52,904 bases of DNA from an uncultured Lachnospiraceae bacterium. Lineage in GTDB: Bacteria > Bacillota > Clostridia > Lachnospirales > Lachnospiraceae. Both the position numbers and the translations under genes were made by a program. The notes below the pieces were generated by a model. The model did not search any database. It had not been told where the DNA came from and was given only the letters and a program-made list of their open reading frames with translations. The DNA lies in assembly GCA_902795895.1 (NCBI GenBank), contig CADBNB010000204.1, positions 1 to 52,904 of the forward strand, written 5' to 3'. Position 1 is the first letter of the stretch. Every line of letters begins with the position of its first letter. Of the stretch, positions 18,639-27,308 are shown piece by piece.

Positions 18639-19946
18639 ATGTTAAGTGACGAAAGAACTCTGTTAGTAGGAGTAGAATTAGGAGAGGAAACATCCCAGAT
18701 TACATGTTTTAATCCTAACACTTATGAGCCAGAGTCGATTTGTTTCAAAAGTGATCCGGAAAAATATTTGATTCCGACGGTGTTATTTTACCGAAGAGAT
18801 ACGGGAGATTGGACATTTGGAGAAGAAGCACTAGAGTGGAACCGTGAGAAAGACGGTGTGTTAGTTAAGCATTTGGTTTCTAAAGCATCTCAAAATGAAT
18901 TAGTGGTTGTAGATGACAGGGAAGTGGAACCAAAGTATCTTTTGGAGCGTTTTATTAAGAGATTACTTGGAATGTTAAAAGTAGAATATCCAAATGATAC
19001 CATCCGGTCACTAGTAATAACGGTAAAAGAGAAAAATATGATACTCATTGACAATATCTATTCTGCTTTACAGGGATTAGGTATTAGCAAACTGAGAGCC
19101 AGCGTTCAGAGTCATGAGCAGTGCTTTGTAAATTATGCCATGAATCAGCCGAAAGAGTTGCGTGTAAATGACATTGTGTTGTTTGATTTTAATGAGGAAG
19201 GACTTAGGTATTATCAGATTTCCGTAAATCGTAGAACAGAACCACCTACAGTTGTTTTAAATAAGCGTGATTTCAAGGATATATTGCCTTATTCCTTATT
19301 GCAAAATAATACGGATATGGAAAACGTAGCGTATGTGTTTGAAAGTATTACCATGAATGTGTTGCATAAGCAGATTGTATCTACAGTATATGTGACAGGA
19401 GTGGGATTTGAGGATAATTGGTGTAAAGATGTTCTTAAAAAATTGTGTGTAGGAAGACGTGTATTTGCAGGACAGAATCTATACGCAAAAGGTGCCTGTT
19501 ATGCAGCCCGTGAAATGATAGGCGAAGGCAAATTAAAGAACTATTTGTATTTAGGCGAGGAAATGTTGGCAGTGAATATTTATACGCCGATGTTTACGGA
19601 AGCCAAAAATATAGAGTATCCATTGGTAGAAGCAGGAACTGCATGGTACAATGCAAATAAAACTATCAGTTTTATACCGGATGGAGAAATTGAAGTGGAA
19701 CTTCTTTTTGAGTATGTGGTTGGAAATCAGGTGGAACACCATTTTGTGACTATGGATGGTTTGTGGAACATGGAGAGAAAAACAAGAATTGAAATGTCAA
19801 TTGAGTTTTCAGACACACATACATGTATCGTAAGACTTCATGACAGAGGTTTTGGTGAAATTTATCCTTCTTCAAACCGTGTCTGGGAGAAGATTATTCC
19901 TATTCAGGGAAATACTACAACAAAGGAACAAAGTAAAGGGGAATGA
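18639..19946 (+). CDS. Hsp70/actin-superfamily-like protein with degenerate nucleotide-binding motifs
   Basis: RBS GGAGGA. LLVGVELGEETSQI aligns by eye with IGIDLGTTNS of Hsp70. IVLFDFNEEGLRYYQISV aligns with DLGGGTFDVS, and VYVTGVGFEDNW with the GG.TR.P adenosine motif. The glycine-rich phosphate loops are replaced by acidic residues. Confidence 0.8.
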   Translation: MLSDERTLLVGVELGEETSQITCFNPNTYEPESICFKSDPEKYLIPTVLFYRRDTGDWTFGEEALEWNREKDGVLVKHLVSKASQNELVVVDDREVEPKYLLERFIKRLLGMLKVEYPNDTIRSLVITVKEKNMILIDNIYSALQGLGISKLRASVQSHEQCFVNYAMNQPKELRVNDIVLFDFNEEGLRYYQISVNRRTEPPTVVLNKRDFKDILPYSLLQNNTDMENVAYVFESITMNVLHKQIVSTVYVTGVGFEDNWCKDVLKKLCVGRRVFAGQNLYAKGACYAAREMIGEGKLKNYLYLGEEMLAVNIYTPMFTEAKNIEYPLVEAGTAWYNANKTISFIPDGEIEVELLFEYVVGNQVEHHFVTMDGLWNMERKTRIEMSIEFSDTHTCIVRLHDRGFGEIYPSSNRVWEKIIPIQGNTTTKEQSKGE

Positions 19947-19950
19947 TAAT

Positions 19951-20793
19951 ATGGGAAGAATGATATTATGCGCAGGACCATTGGCGAAGGAACCCTATCA
20001 TTTCGCTTTGACCGGTATGAATGTATACTCGTTGGAAGAATTAGGGTATTACTTATATCACAACATATACACCATTTCACTGGATGATTTTGATAAAACA
20101 TTTTTTCAGTGGGTGGAACAGGAATTAAAACGTGAAGACCTGGCTGAGAAGTGGAAAGAAATCCGTCGTGTCAGCTCAGATATCAAGGATATTGTAGTCA
20201 GCGTGTTGTGTGCTACAGACTATTTTGGAAAACTTGAAATTGAAAGTCTTATAAAGACAGTGGATGACATTAACAATATGCCGTCAATTGAACGCCGAAA
20301 AATTGAGGCGGACAATTATATGCGTTATCAGGATTATGATAAGGCGATGCACGTATACAAAGAAATCTTGGTTTCTGATGAAGCAAAACAGATATCAGCA
20401 AAGGATTTTGGAAATATTATTCATAACATGGGTGTCATTCATGTGCATATGAAATGTTTTGAGATTGCGGAGCGTGAATTTAAACAGGCATATAGTTTAA
20501 ATCAGGATGAGGAAAGTTTGCGTGAATATTTTTATCTTTTAAAATTACAACATAAAGATAAATTATTTCTTCAGGAAGTTTTGACCTTTAATTTGTCTGA
20601 AGAAACAGTAAAAGATATTGTAAAACAGTTGGAAGATATTTTAGATGAGGCGGAAAAAACAAAAGAATATCAAAAGCTTCTTCGTTTACCAGAGGTAAAG
20701 GAGCAGGGGCGTGTTGGTGAGTATTATTACACCATTGATTCCATGATATTCAATTGGAAACAGCAGTATAAGCGTGGGATGGAGCAAAGATGA
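19951..20793 (+). CDS. TPR-like repeat protein (280 aa), unknown function
   Basis: The ATG at 19951 lies 4 nt after the upstream stop and follows an AAAGGGGA RBS. TPR-like helices include ADNYMRYQDYDKAMHVYKEIL and NMGVIHVHMKCFEIAEREFKQAYSLN. Confidence 0.78.
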   Translation: MGRMILCAGPLAKEPYHFALTGMNVYSLEELGYYLYHNIYTISLDDFDKTFFQWVEQELKREDLAEKWKEIRRVSSDIKDIVVSVLCATDYFGKLEIESLIKTVDDINNMPSIERRKIEADNYMRYQDYDKAMHVYKEILVSDEAKQISAKDFGNIIHNMGVIHVHMKCFEIAEREFKQAYSLNQDEESLREYFYLLKLQHKDKLFLQEVLTFNLSEETVKDIVKQLEDILDEAEKTKEYQKLLRLPEVKEQGRVGEYYYTIDSMIFNWKQQYKRGMEQR

Positions 20794-22064
20794 GTTTTTT
20801 GGGGTTTCGAAAAAAGAATACTAAGAAAGTAACTGAAGGGGGAACTGAGGCAATTCATGTTGGTGTAGATGCGGCTGTCAGAAAGAAACAGCAGGAACAG
20901 CGAGAAAAAAAAGAAGAGATCATTCTGGAAGATTATACACCAAATTACGAAGAAACTATACTTCCTGTGGAAGAAAGTTTCGTTTCCAATAAAACAACAG
21001 AGGAAGCTATTGAGTTTTTGGAAGAAAATTGCCGACAGATCAATGAGGCACAACAGCATGTGGACAATGCAAAAATTGAGTATCAGGCAGTATGCGAGTA
21101 TTTATCGGATGTTCAGAAAGTGGAACGTATGCCGGATGGAGAACGAAAGTTACTCAATGATTCTGCATTAAAAATTGTGAATTTAACAAAAGAGCGGGAA
21201 GATTATCAAAATCGAACGGTATTTACGGACAATCCATGTTTTCGGGCTATTCGAAAACATGAAGATACCCTTATGGAAGAATTGAAAAACATGCGAGATG
21301 CCGAACAGTATAAAAAAGTCATTGAAAACGATATGCGACAGATTAAGGCAGAAAAAAAGGCGTTAGGATACGATTATAAGAATATTCCGAGCAATCAGTC
21401 GGAGTTAAAGAAAATTACGGTTGCATTGACTTTGATTGTGGTTAGTCTGTTTGCCTTGTTTTTTGCGTTACAGTTTGGTATGGAACAGGATATGAAAATT
21501 CCATTCATGCTTACGGCAATGATGGCAGCAGTTGCATTGGCATATATTGCGTATGAGTCGCACCGAAACAAGGTGGAATATGCAATCTTAGAGAAACAGA
21601 TTAATCGTGCCATACAGGTGGAAAATAAAATTAAAATCAAATACATTAATAATACCAGTTCCCTTGACTATAGTCATAGCAAATATGGTGTAAAAAATTC
21701 CATGGAATTGGAGTATTTGATTAAAGAATACAAGAAGGCAAAAGAAGCAGAACGAACTTATGAGAGCAATACAGACAGATTGCAGCATTATCGTGAAAAA
21801 GTAGTGGATATTTTAAAAGTTCAGGAGCTTAAGGACACGGAAATATGGCTGCATCAGCTAAATGTTTTATTAAGCAAGCAAGAGTTTGAAGAGATGAAAG
21901 CCAGTTTGGAAGACAGACGCGAGAAACTGATAGAAAAAATGGATTATAATTTACAGGTGAAAGACCGTTATTTCAATCATATGCATATGGTTTTAGATGA
22001 AAAGCCTGAGTTAAAGAGTACATTACTTGAGATGATGAAGACACATAACATTTCACTTGGCTAA
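20790..22064 (+). CDS. Coiled-coil membrane protein with a central two-TM hairpin, unknown function
   Basis: ATGA start/stop overlap with the upstream gene. Two hydrophobic helices (ITVALTLIVVSLFALFFALQF and IPFMLTAMMAAVALAYIAY) are flanked by about 200-aa and 170-aa charged helical regions. Confidence 0.8.
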   Translation: MSFLGFRKKNTKKVTEGGTEAIHVGVDAAVRKKQQEQREKKEEIILEDYTPNYEETILPVEESFVSNKTTEEAIEFLEENCRQINEAQQHVDNAKIEYQAVCEYLSDVQKVERMPDGERKLLNDSALKIVNLTKEREDYQNRTVFTDNPCFRAIRKHEDTLMEELKNMRDAEQYKKVIENDMRQIKAEKKALGYDYKNIPSNQSELKKITVALTLIVVSLFALFFALQFGMEQDMKIPFMLTAMMAAVALAYIAYESHRNKVEYAILEKQINRAIQVENKIKIKYINNTSSLDYSHSKYGVKNSMELEYLIKEYKKAKEAERTYESNTDRLQHYREKVVDILKVQELKDTEIWLHQLNVLLSKQEFEEMKASLEDRREKLIEKMDYNLQVKDRYFNHMHMVLDEKPELKSTLLEMMKTHNISLG

Positions 22065-22094
22065 ATCAAAATAAAAAATGCAGGAGAAAAGGGA

Positions 22095-22664
22095 ATGAAG
22101 TTACTATTTGGAAGTGTATTTGTAATCAGCGTCATAATATTCATTTGGATAAAAATGAGAAAAAAAGATATCCTAATGGTTACAGATACACCTATGCAAG
22201 GTGAAAAAGAAAAACATTCCCTTCAAATCCGCATAAAGGTGGAAAGAAACGGTTATCAGATTAACATTCATGTGTTTCAGATGGATGATGAGGAAATCGG
22301 ACATTTGCTGGCTACGTATACTGGGAATAAGTATAATGAACAGGAAAAATACAGTCGTGCAGTCCACATAGAACAACTATTTGTGAAGCGGAAGTTTCGT
22401 CGGAAAGGGATAGCGAAAGTAATATTTCGGTATCTGATGGAGGAAATGAAGCGAATAGAACAATTGGAAGACTTTGAATTTACGTTGTTATATGGGGAAG
22501 TTGGAAATACCGGAACGGATGATCCGCATATTTCCCTTCCATTTTATCGAAAGATAGACGGGACAGAATACAATCAGGAAAAAAGGCTGCGTTTTTCTTT
22601 GGAAAAAAAGGCTGCGTTGGATGGACTTGATTGTTTTAAATATGTAATTGAGAAAAGAGGTTGA
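22095..22664 (+). CDS. Membrane-anchored GNAT-family N-acetyltransferase-like protein
   Basis: N-terminal TM helix LLFGSVFVISVIIFIWI. The GNAT motif A pattern is present in IEQLFVKRKFRRKGIAKVIFRYLMEEM (R-x-x-G-x-A). Confidence 0.7.
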   Translation: MKLLFGSVFVISVIIFIWIKMRKKDILMVTDTPMQGEKEKHSLQIRIKVERNGYQINIHVFQMDDEEIGHLLATYTGNKYNEQEKYSRAVHIEQLFVKRKFRRKGIAKVIFRYLMEEMKRIEQLEDFEFTLLYGEVGNTGTDDPHISLPFYRKIDGTEYNQEKRLRFSLEKKAALDGLDCFKYVIEKRG

Positions 22665-22668
22665 AATT

Positions 22669-22899
22669 ATGGCAATGAATCCGGCGATGATTATGAAAAT
22701 GATGTCAGCAAAAAAGACATTTGAAAACAACCATCCGAAGTTTGTGTTATTTTTGAAGCACATGTTTTCAGGTGGTGTGGAAGAAGGTACGATTATAGAA
22801 ATGACAGTTACAAAACCTGGGCAGGCACCGGTAACATCAAATATTAAAGTGCAGGCATCAGATTTGGAATTGTTAAACAGTTTAAAAGATATGAGATAA
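22669..22899 (+). CDS. Hypothetical small protein (76 aa), last gene of the operon
   Basis: The ATG at 22669 lies 4 nt after the GNAT stop and follows an AGAGG RBS. It is followed by the terminator at 22918-22947. I do not recognise a family. Confidence 0.6.
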   Translation: MAMNPAMIMKMMSAKKTFENNHPKFVLFLKHMFSGGVEEGTIIEMTVTKPGQAPVTSNIKVQASDLELLNSLKDMR

Positions 22900-22917
22900 G
22901 ACAAAATATGTGTAAAA

Positions 22918-22947
22918 GATTCGATAATTGGTATCGAGTCTTTTTTT
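22918..22947 (+). terminator. Rho-independent terminator closing the six-gene operon
   Basis: GATTCGATA (22918-22926) / TATCGAGTC (22932-22940) with one wobble pair, followed by T7 (22941-22947). Confidence 0.7.
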
Positions 22948-22978
22948 ATGTAAGAGGAGAATCCTATTTATTAATCAC

Positions 22979-23007
22979 TTGACTTTAAAAAAATATATGT
23001 TTATAAT
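22979..23007 (+). promoter_or_regulatory. Near-consensus sigma-70 promoter of the zur-znu locus
   Basis: TTGACT (22979-22984), a 17-nt spacer, then TATAAT (23002-23007). Confidence 0.65.
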
Positions 23008-23014
23008 TGAATAG

Positions 23015-23039
23015 AAATTTGAGAATTACTCTCAAATTT
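23015..23039. promoter_or_regulatory. Perfect 10-5-10 palindrome, candidate Zur/Fur-family operator
   Basis: AAATTTGAGA-ATTAC-TCTCAAATTT sits immediately downstream of the -10 box, a position compatible with autorepression. Confidence 0.6.
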
Positions 23040-23078
23040 GAGAAAACAATGATAGTGAGTGAAAACAGAGGTGTTCGT

Positions 23079-23504
23079 ATGGAAAAGAAAATCTATCATA
23101 CAGAGCAACGCAAACAGTTGTTGTCATTTCTTCAAGAACATAAGACAGAGCAGTATTCAATTGATGAAATGATTGCATTGATGGATCCGGAAAATATGCC
23201 GGGAAAGAGTACGGTGTACCGTCTTATGAAACAACTTGTGGAGGAAGGAATTGTAAAGCGAAGCAATAAAGAAAATACCAGACAGTTCGTGTATCAGTTA
23301 TTGGAAGGAAAACAGTGTAGTCACCATTTTCATTTACAGTGTGAAAATTGCGGAAAGCTGTTTCATTTGAAAGAGGAAGAAACTGAACAGGTAAAGGGAA
23401 TGTTACAATTACAGGATAAGTTTCATGTAGATGTGTCAAAATGCGTGCTTGTGGGAACTTGCGAAAACTGTGAGGAAAACATTCAGGAGAAAAAGACGGA
23501 TTAA
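23079..23504 (+). CDS. zur: Fur-family metalloregulator, probably zinc uptake regulator
   Basis: Winged-helix N-terminus (STVYRLMKQLVEEGIV) and two CxxC pairs (CENCGK and CENCEE). It sits directly upstream of a cluster-9 metal ABC importer. The ATG at 23079 follows an AGAGGTG RBS. Confidence 0.8.
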   Translation: MEKKIYHTEQRKQLLSFLQEHKTEQYSIDEMIALMDPENMPGKSTVYRLMKQLVEEGIVKRSNKENTRQFVYQLLEGKQCSHHFHLQCENCGKLFHLKEEETEQVKGMLQLQDKFHVDVSKCVLVGTCENCEENIQEKKTD

Positions 23505-23539
23505 TAACAATATAGTGGCAACAATGGAAGGAGTTTATT

Positions 23540-24496
23540 ATGAAAAAATTAAGTTTGTTATTGTTTGTAATGTTAATTGGATGTGTTTGTATGACCGGAT
23601 GTGGAAAGAAAACACAATCAGATAAAGAAGGAATCAATGTAGTTACCACAAAATTTGCATCATACGATTTTGCAAGAGCGGTAGTTGGAGATAAAGGAAA
23701 CGTAACGATGTTACTTCCACCTGCTTCAGAAAGCCATACATATGAACCAACACCACAGGATATTATTTCAATCCAGAATGCAGATTTATTTGTTTACAAC
23801 GGTGGGGAGTCTGAAACATGGGTAGATGAAGTGTTAAAAGATATCGACACATCAAAGGTAAAAGTGATTTCCTGCATGGATATGGTTACTTTATATGAAG
23901 AAGAGACTGTAGAAGGTATGCAGGCAGAAGAAGAGGAAGAAGAAGGCGAAGATGGCGAAGAAGTAGAATATGATGAGCATGTCTGGACAAGCCCTATGAA
24001 TGCAAAGAAAATTGTAGAAGGTATTGAAAAAGAAGTGGCTGAAATTGACGCTGCCAACAAGGATACTTATCTTGAAAACGCCGCTTCCTATGAGCAGAAA
24101 TTAGATAAATTAGATAGTGAATTTAAAGATGTTGTAAGCAAAGCAAACAATCCAACAGTTGTGTTTGGTGACCGTTTCCCATTGAGATATTTTGTAGAAG
24201 AATACGGAATTAAGTATTTTGCAGCATTTCCGGGATGTGCAGAAGATACAGAACCTAACGCATCTACTGTTGCATTTTTAATTGATAAAGTTAAGGCGGA
24301 AAAAATTCCTGTAGTATTTCATATTGAATTATCAAATGAAAAGATTACTAACACCATTTGTGAAAGCACTGGTGCTAAGAGCATGTTGTTTCATGCATGT
24401 CACAACATCTCAAAAGATGATTTTGAGGCTGGGGTTACATATGTAGATTTAATGGAACAGAATGTGAAAAATTTGGACGCTGCTTTGAATGAATAG
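23540..24496 (+). CDS. znuA: Metal (probably zinc) ABC transporter substrate-binding lipoprotein, TroA/ZnuA family
   Basis: Lipobox MTGCGK. The ZnuA/AdcA-like fold pattern is present (SYDFARAV, ESHTYEPTPQD, DEHVWTSP, FPGCAEDTEP). There is an acidic loop, AEEEEEEGEDGEEVEYDEH. Confidence 0.85.
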   Translation: MKKLSLLLFVMLIGCVCMTGCGKKTQSDKEGINVVTTKFASYDFARAVVGDKGNVTMLLPPASESHTYEPTPQDIISIQNADLFVYNGGESETWVDEVLKDIDTSKVKVISCMDMVTLYEEETVEGMQAEEEEEEGEDGEEVEYDEHVWTSPMNAKKIVEGIEKEVAEIDAANKDTYLENAASYEQKLDKLDSEFKDVVSKANNPTVVFGDRFPLRYFVEEYGIKYFAAFPGCAEDTEPNASTVAFLIDKVKAEKIPVVFHIELSNEKITNTICESTGAKSMLFHACHNISKDDFEAGVTYVDLMEQNVKNLDAALNE

Positions 24497-24512
24497 AAAA
24501 TGAGGTGAGCAC

Positions 24513-25214
24513 ATGGCATTATTGACATGTAAAGATATTTGCATGGGGTATGAGGGAAAAATCATGCTCCAAAATGTAAATTTTCATGTGAATTCAGGGG
24601 ATTATCTCTGCATTGTAGGTGAAAATGGTTCAGGAAAGAGTACCCTGTTAAAGGGAATCTTGCGATTGAAAAGTGTTGCTTCAGGAGAATTTACTTTTGG
24701 AGACGGATTGTTAAAAAATGAAATTGGATATTTACCACAGAGAATGAATATCCGAAAGGATTTCCCTGCCAGTGTGTATGAAGTAGTTTTGTCAGGACGG
24801 AACAACCAGATGGGATGGAGACCATTTTTTACAAAGAAAGATAAAAAGATTGCTTTGGAACGTATGGAATGGATGGGAATTCTTGATTTAAAAAATGAAA
24901 GTTTTGCGGTTCTTTCCGGTGGACAACAGCAAAGAGTATTGCTTGCCAGAGCACTTTGTGCCACACAGAAATTATTGGTCCTTGATGAACCTGTGACAGG
25001 GCTTGATCCTATTGTGACAAAGGAAATGTACGAATTGATACAAAAAATCAACAAAGAACATGAGATTACTGTTATCATGGTATCTCATGATACAAAGGAA
25101 GCCATGGAACAGGCAAGCCACATTTTACATTTAGGAAATGAACAGTTATTTTTTGGAACTACAAAAGAGTATGGTGAGAGTTCCGTTGGAAAGAAGTATT
25201 TAAAGGAGGCGTAG
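24513..25214 (+). CDS. znuC: Metal ABC transporter ATP-binding protein
   Basis: Walker A GENGSGKST, signature LSGGQQQR and Walker B LLVLDEP. Confidence 0.9.
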   Translation: MALLTCKDICMGYEGKIMLQNVNFHVNSGDYLCIVGENGSGKSTLLKGILRLKSVASGEFTFGDGLLKNEIGYLPQRMNIRKDFPASVYEVVLSGRNNQMGWRPFFTKKDKKIALERMEWMGILDLKNESFAVLSGGQQQRVLLARALCATQKLLVLDEPVTGLDPIVTKEMYELIQKINKEHEITVIMVSHDTKEAMEQASHILHLGNEQLFFGTTKEYGESSVGKKYLKEA

Positions 25215-25216
25215 GC

Positions 25217-26044
25217 ATGTTTGAAACAATACAGGAAATGATGTCCTATACATTTTTGGCACGGGCTGTAATCGTTGGAAGCCTTGTGTCTTTGTGCGCG
25301 GCTCTTTTAGGTGTTACCTTGGTTTTAAAGAGATATTCCATGATTGGTGACGGATTATCTCATGTGGGTTTTGGTGCGCTGGCAGTTGCCAGTGCATTAA
25401 ATATGGCACCACTTACGGTTACCATACCTGTGGTTTTGATTGCTTCCTTTTTCCTGTTAAGACTTAGTGATAACAGCGCTATCAAAGGGGATTCAGCCAT
25501 TGCCATTATTTCCAGTGGTTCCCTTGCCATCGGTGTTGTAGTTACTTCTATGAACGGAACAAATACAGACTTATCCAATTATTTATTTGGTAGTATACTG
25601 TCTGTAAGCCACGAAGATGAAATTTTATGTATTTCAGTTTCTTTAGTGGTATTGCTTGTATATGTATTGTTTTATCATCGTATTTTTGCAATCACTTTTG
25701 ATGAGAATTTTGCAAAAGCAACCGGTATTCCTACGAAACTTTTTAACACTATTATTTCAATGCTTACAGCAATTGTAATCGTAGTTGGAATGCGCCTTAT
25801 GGGAACTTTGTTGATATCCAGCCTGATTATATTTCCGTCGATTTCAGCCATGCGTGTATTTCATAAATTTAAGGCGGTTGTGATTTTATCAGCTATTTTG
25901 TCGGTGGTGTGTTTTGTAGTGGGTATCACGATGTCCTATGTTTATGAACTGCCAAGTGGCGCAAGTGTCGTATTAGTCAATATGGCAGTGCTTTTGATTT
26001 GTAGTATATTGGGATTTGTTACCAGAGAAATCATTAAAAAATAG
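25217..26044 (+). CDS. znuB: Metal ABC transporter permease (ABC-3 family)
   Basis: A 275-aa polytopic membrane protein starting 3 nt after znuC. The ZnuB/TroC-like pattern is present (GDGLSHVGFGA). Confidence 0.88.
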   Translation: MFETIQEMMSYTFLARAVIVGSLVSLCAALLGVTLVLKRYSMIGDGLSHVGFGALAVASALNMAPLTVTIPVVLIASFFLLRLSDNSAIKGDSAIAIISSGSLAIGVVVTSMNGTNTDLSNYLFGSILSVSHEDEILCISVSLVVLLVYVLFYHRIFAITFDENFAKATGIPTKLFNTIISMLTAIVIVVGMRLMGTLLISSLIIFPSISAMRVFHKFKAVVILSAILSVVCFVVGITMSYVYELPSGASVVLVNMAVLLICSILGFVTREIIKK

Positions 26045-26059
26045 AAAAGAGGAACAATC

Positions 26060-27187
26060 TTGAAAAGAGTGGTAAGTTTTTTTAGAGGTGAGACAGTACT
26101 TAGTGTGGCATGGATATTAGCAGTAGTGTCTTGCTTTTTTGTGTTTCCGGATAGAAAATATGCGGATTATATTGATGTGAGAACATTGGTAATCCTATTT
26201 TGCCTTATGGCAGTCATGGCGGGGTATAAAGAAATTGGTGTGTTTGACTGGATTGCCAGAAAGCTTTTAGGATTTGCAGACACATTGACAAGCATGATGT
26301 TTATATTAGTCATGCTTTGCTTTTTCTTTAGTATGTTTATTACCAATGATGTGGCTCTTATAACATTTGTTCCTTTGACATTGATCGTTTTGAATATTTT
26401 AGGTGAAGAGTATCAAAAGAAATGGACCATTAAAATTGTAGTGTTACAGACCATTGCTGCAAATCTTGGAAGTATGCTTACACCTATTGGAAATCCGCAG
26501 AACCTTTATTTGTATGGCGTGTCAAAGATGAATATGGTATCATTTCTAAAATTGATGTTACCTTACAGTCTTGCGGCGTTTGTAGGACTTATTGTGTGGA
26601 TCGTAGTGCTTACTGTAAGAAAAAAAGAAACCTTGTCCGTAGAATTAAGTCAAAGTAAAACTATGGATATCAAAAAAATGAGTATTTATTCATTTATGTT
26701 TATTGTTAGTTTATTGACAGTAGCAAGAGTGGTTCCTTTTTGGATGACATTGATTTTGGTAATTGTAGGAGCTTTTGTAAGTGATGTACGGGTACTAAAA
26801 AATGTGGATTATTCTTTACTACTGACATTCGTAGGCTTTTTCGTATTTATTGGAAATATGGGACGAATAGACGTATTTCATCAATTCATTCAACATGTAT
26901 TAGAGAAAAAAGAAATTGCTGTTTCTATTTTAGCAAGCCAATTTATCAGTAATGTGCCGGCGGCGCTGTTGTTATCCGGATTTACGAAACATGTTTCTTA
27001 TTTGGTTGTAGGAACTAATTTAGGTGGACTTGGTACTCTGATTGCATCTATGGCAAGTCTTATTTCCTTTAAGTATGTTGCAAGGGAAAATAAACGGCTA
27101 AGAGGAATGTATCTCTTATATTTTACCGTGGTAAATGTAGTGTTTTTAGCAGGTGAGCTTGGAGTTGCATTTATTTGTGAAATGTAA
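26060..27187 (+). CDS. ArsB/NhaD-superfamily (YbiR-like) anion/ion permease
   Basis: TTG start with an AAGAGGAA RBS. It is polytopic and carries the GNPQN motif (LTPIGNPQNLYLYG) typical of this superfamily. It appears co-transcribed with znuACB. Confidence 0.75.
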   Translation: MKRVVSFFRGETVLSVAWILAVVSCFFVFPDRKYADYIDVRTLVILFCLMAVMAGYKEIGVFDWIARKLLGFADTLTSMMFILVMLCFFFSMFITNDVALITFVPLTLIVLNILGEEYQKKWTIKIVVLQTIAANLGSMLTPIGNPQNLYLYGVSKMNMVSFLKLMLPYSLAAFVGLIVWIVVLTVRKKETLSVELSQSKTMDIKKMSIYSFMFIVSLLTVARVVPFWMTLILVIVGAFVSDVRVLKNVDYSLLLTFVGFFVFIGNMGRIDVFHQFIQHVLEKKEIAVSILASQFISNVPAALLLSGFTKHVSYLVVGTNLGGLGTLIASMASLISFKYVARENKRLRGMYLLYFTVVNVVFLAGELGVAFICEM

Positions 27188-27209
27188 AAGGAATATGGAA
27201 GTATAAGAT

Positions 27210-27238
27210 ATGCCCCCTGTGGAGTCCACAGGGGGCAT
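27210..27238. terminator. GC-rich hairpin between convergent genes (probable terminator without a clear U-tract)
   Basis: ATGCCCCCTGTGG-AGT-CCACAGGGGGCAT forms a perfect 13-bp stem. Confidence 0.5.
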
Positions 27239-27308
27239 AGTGTTTAAAATACTAATATTAAGTGGATATTTCTTTAAAATATCTTGGTAAATATCTCACG
27301 TTTGTAGT

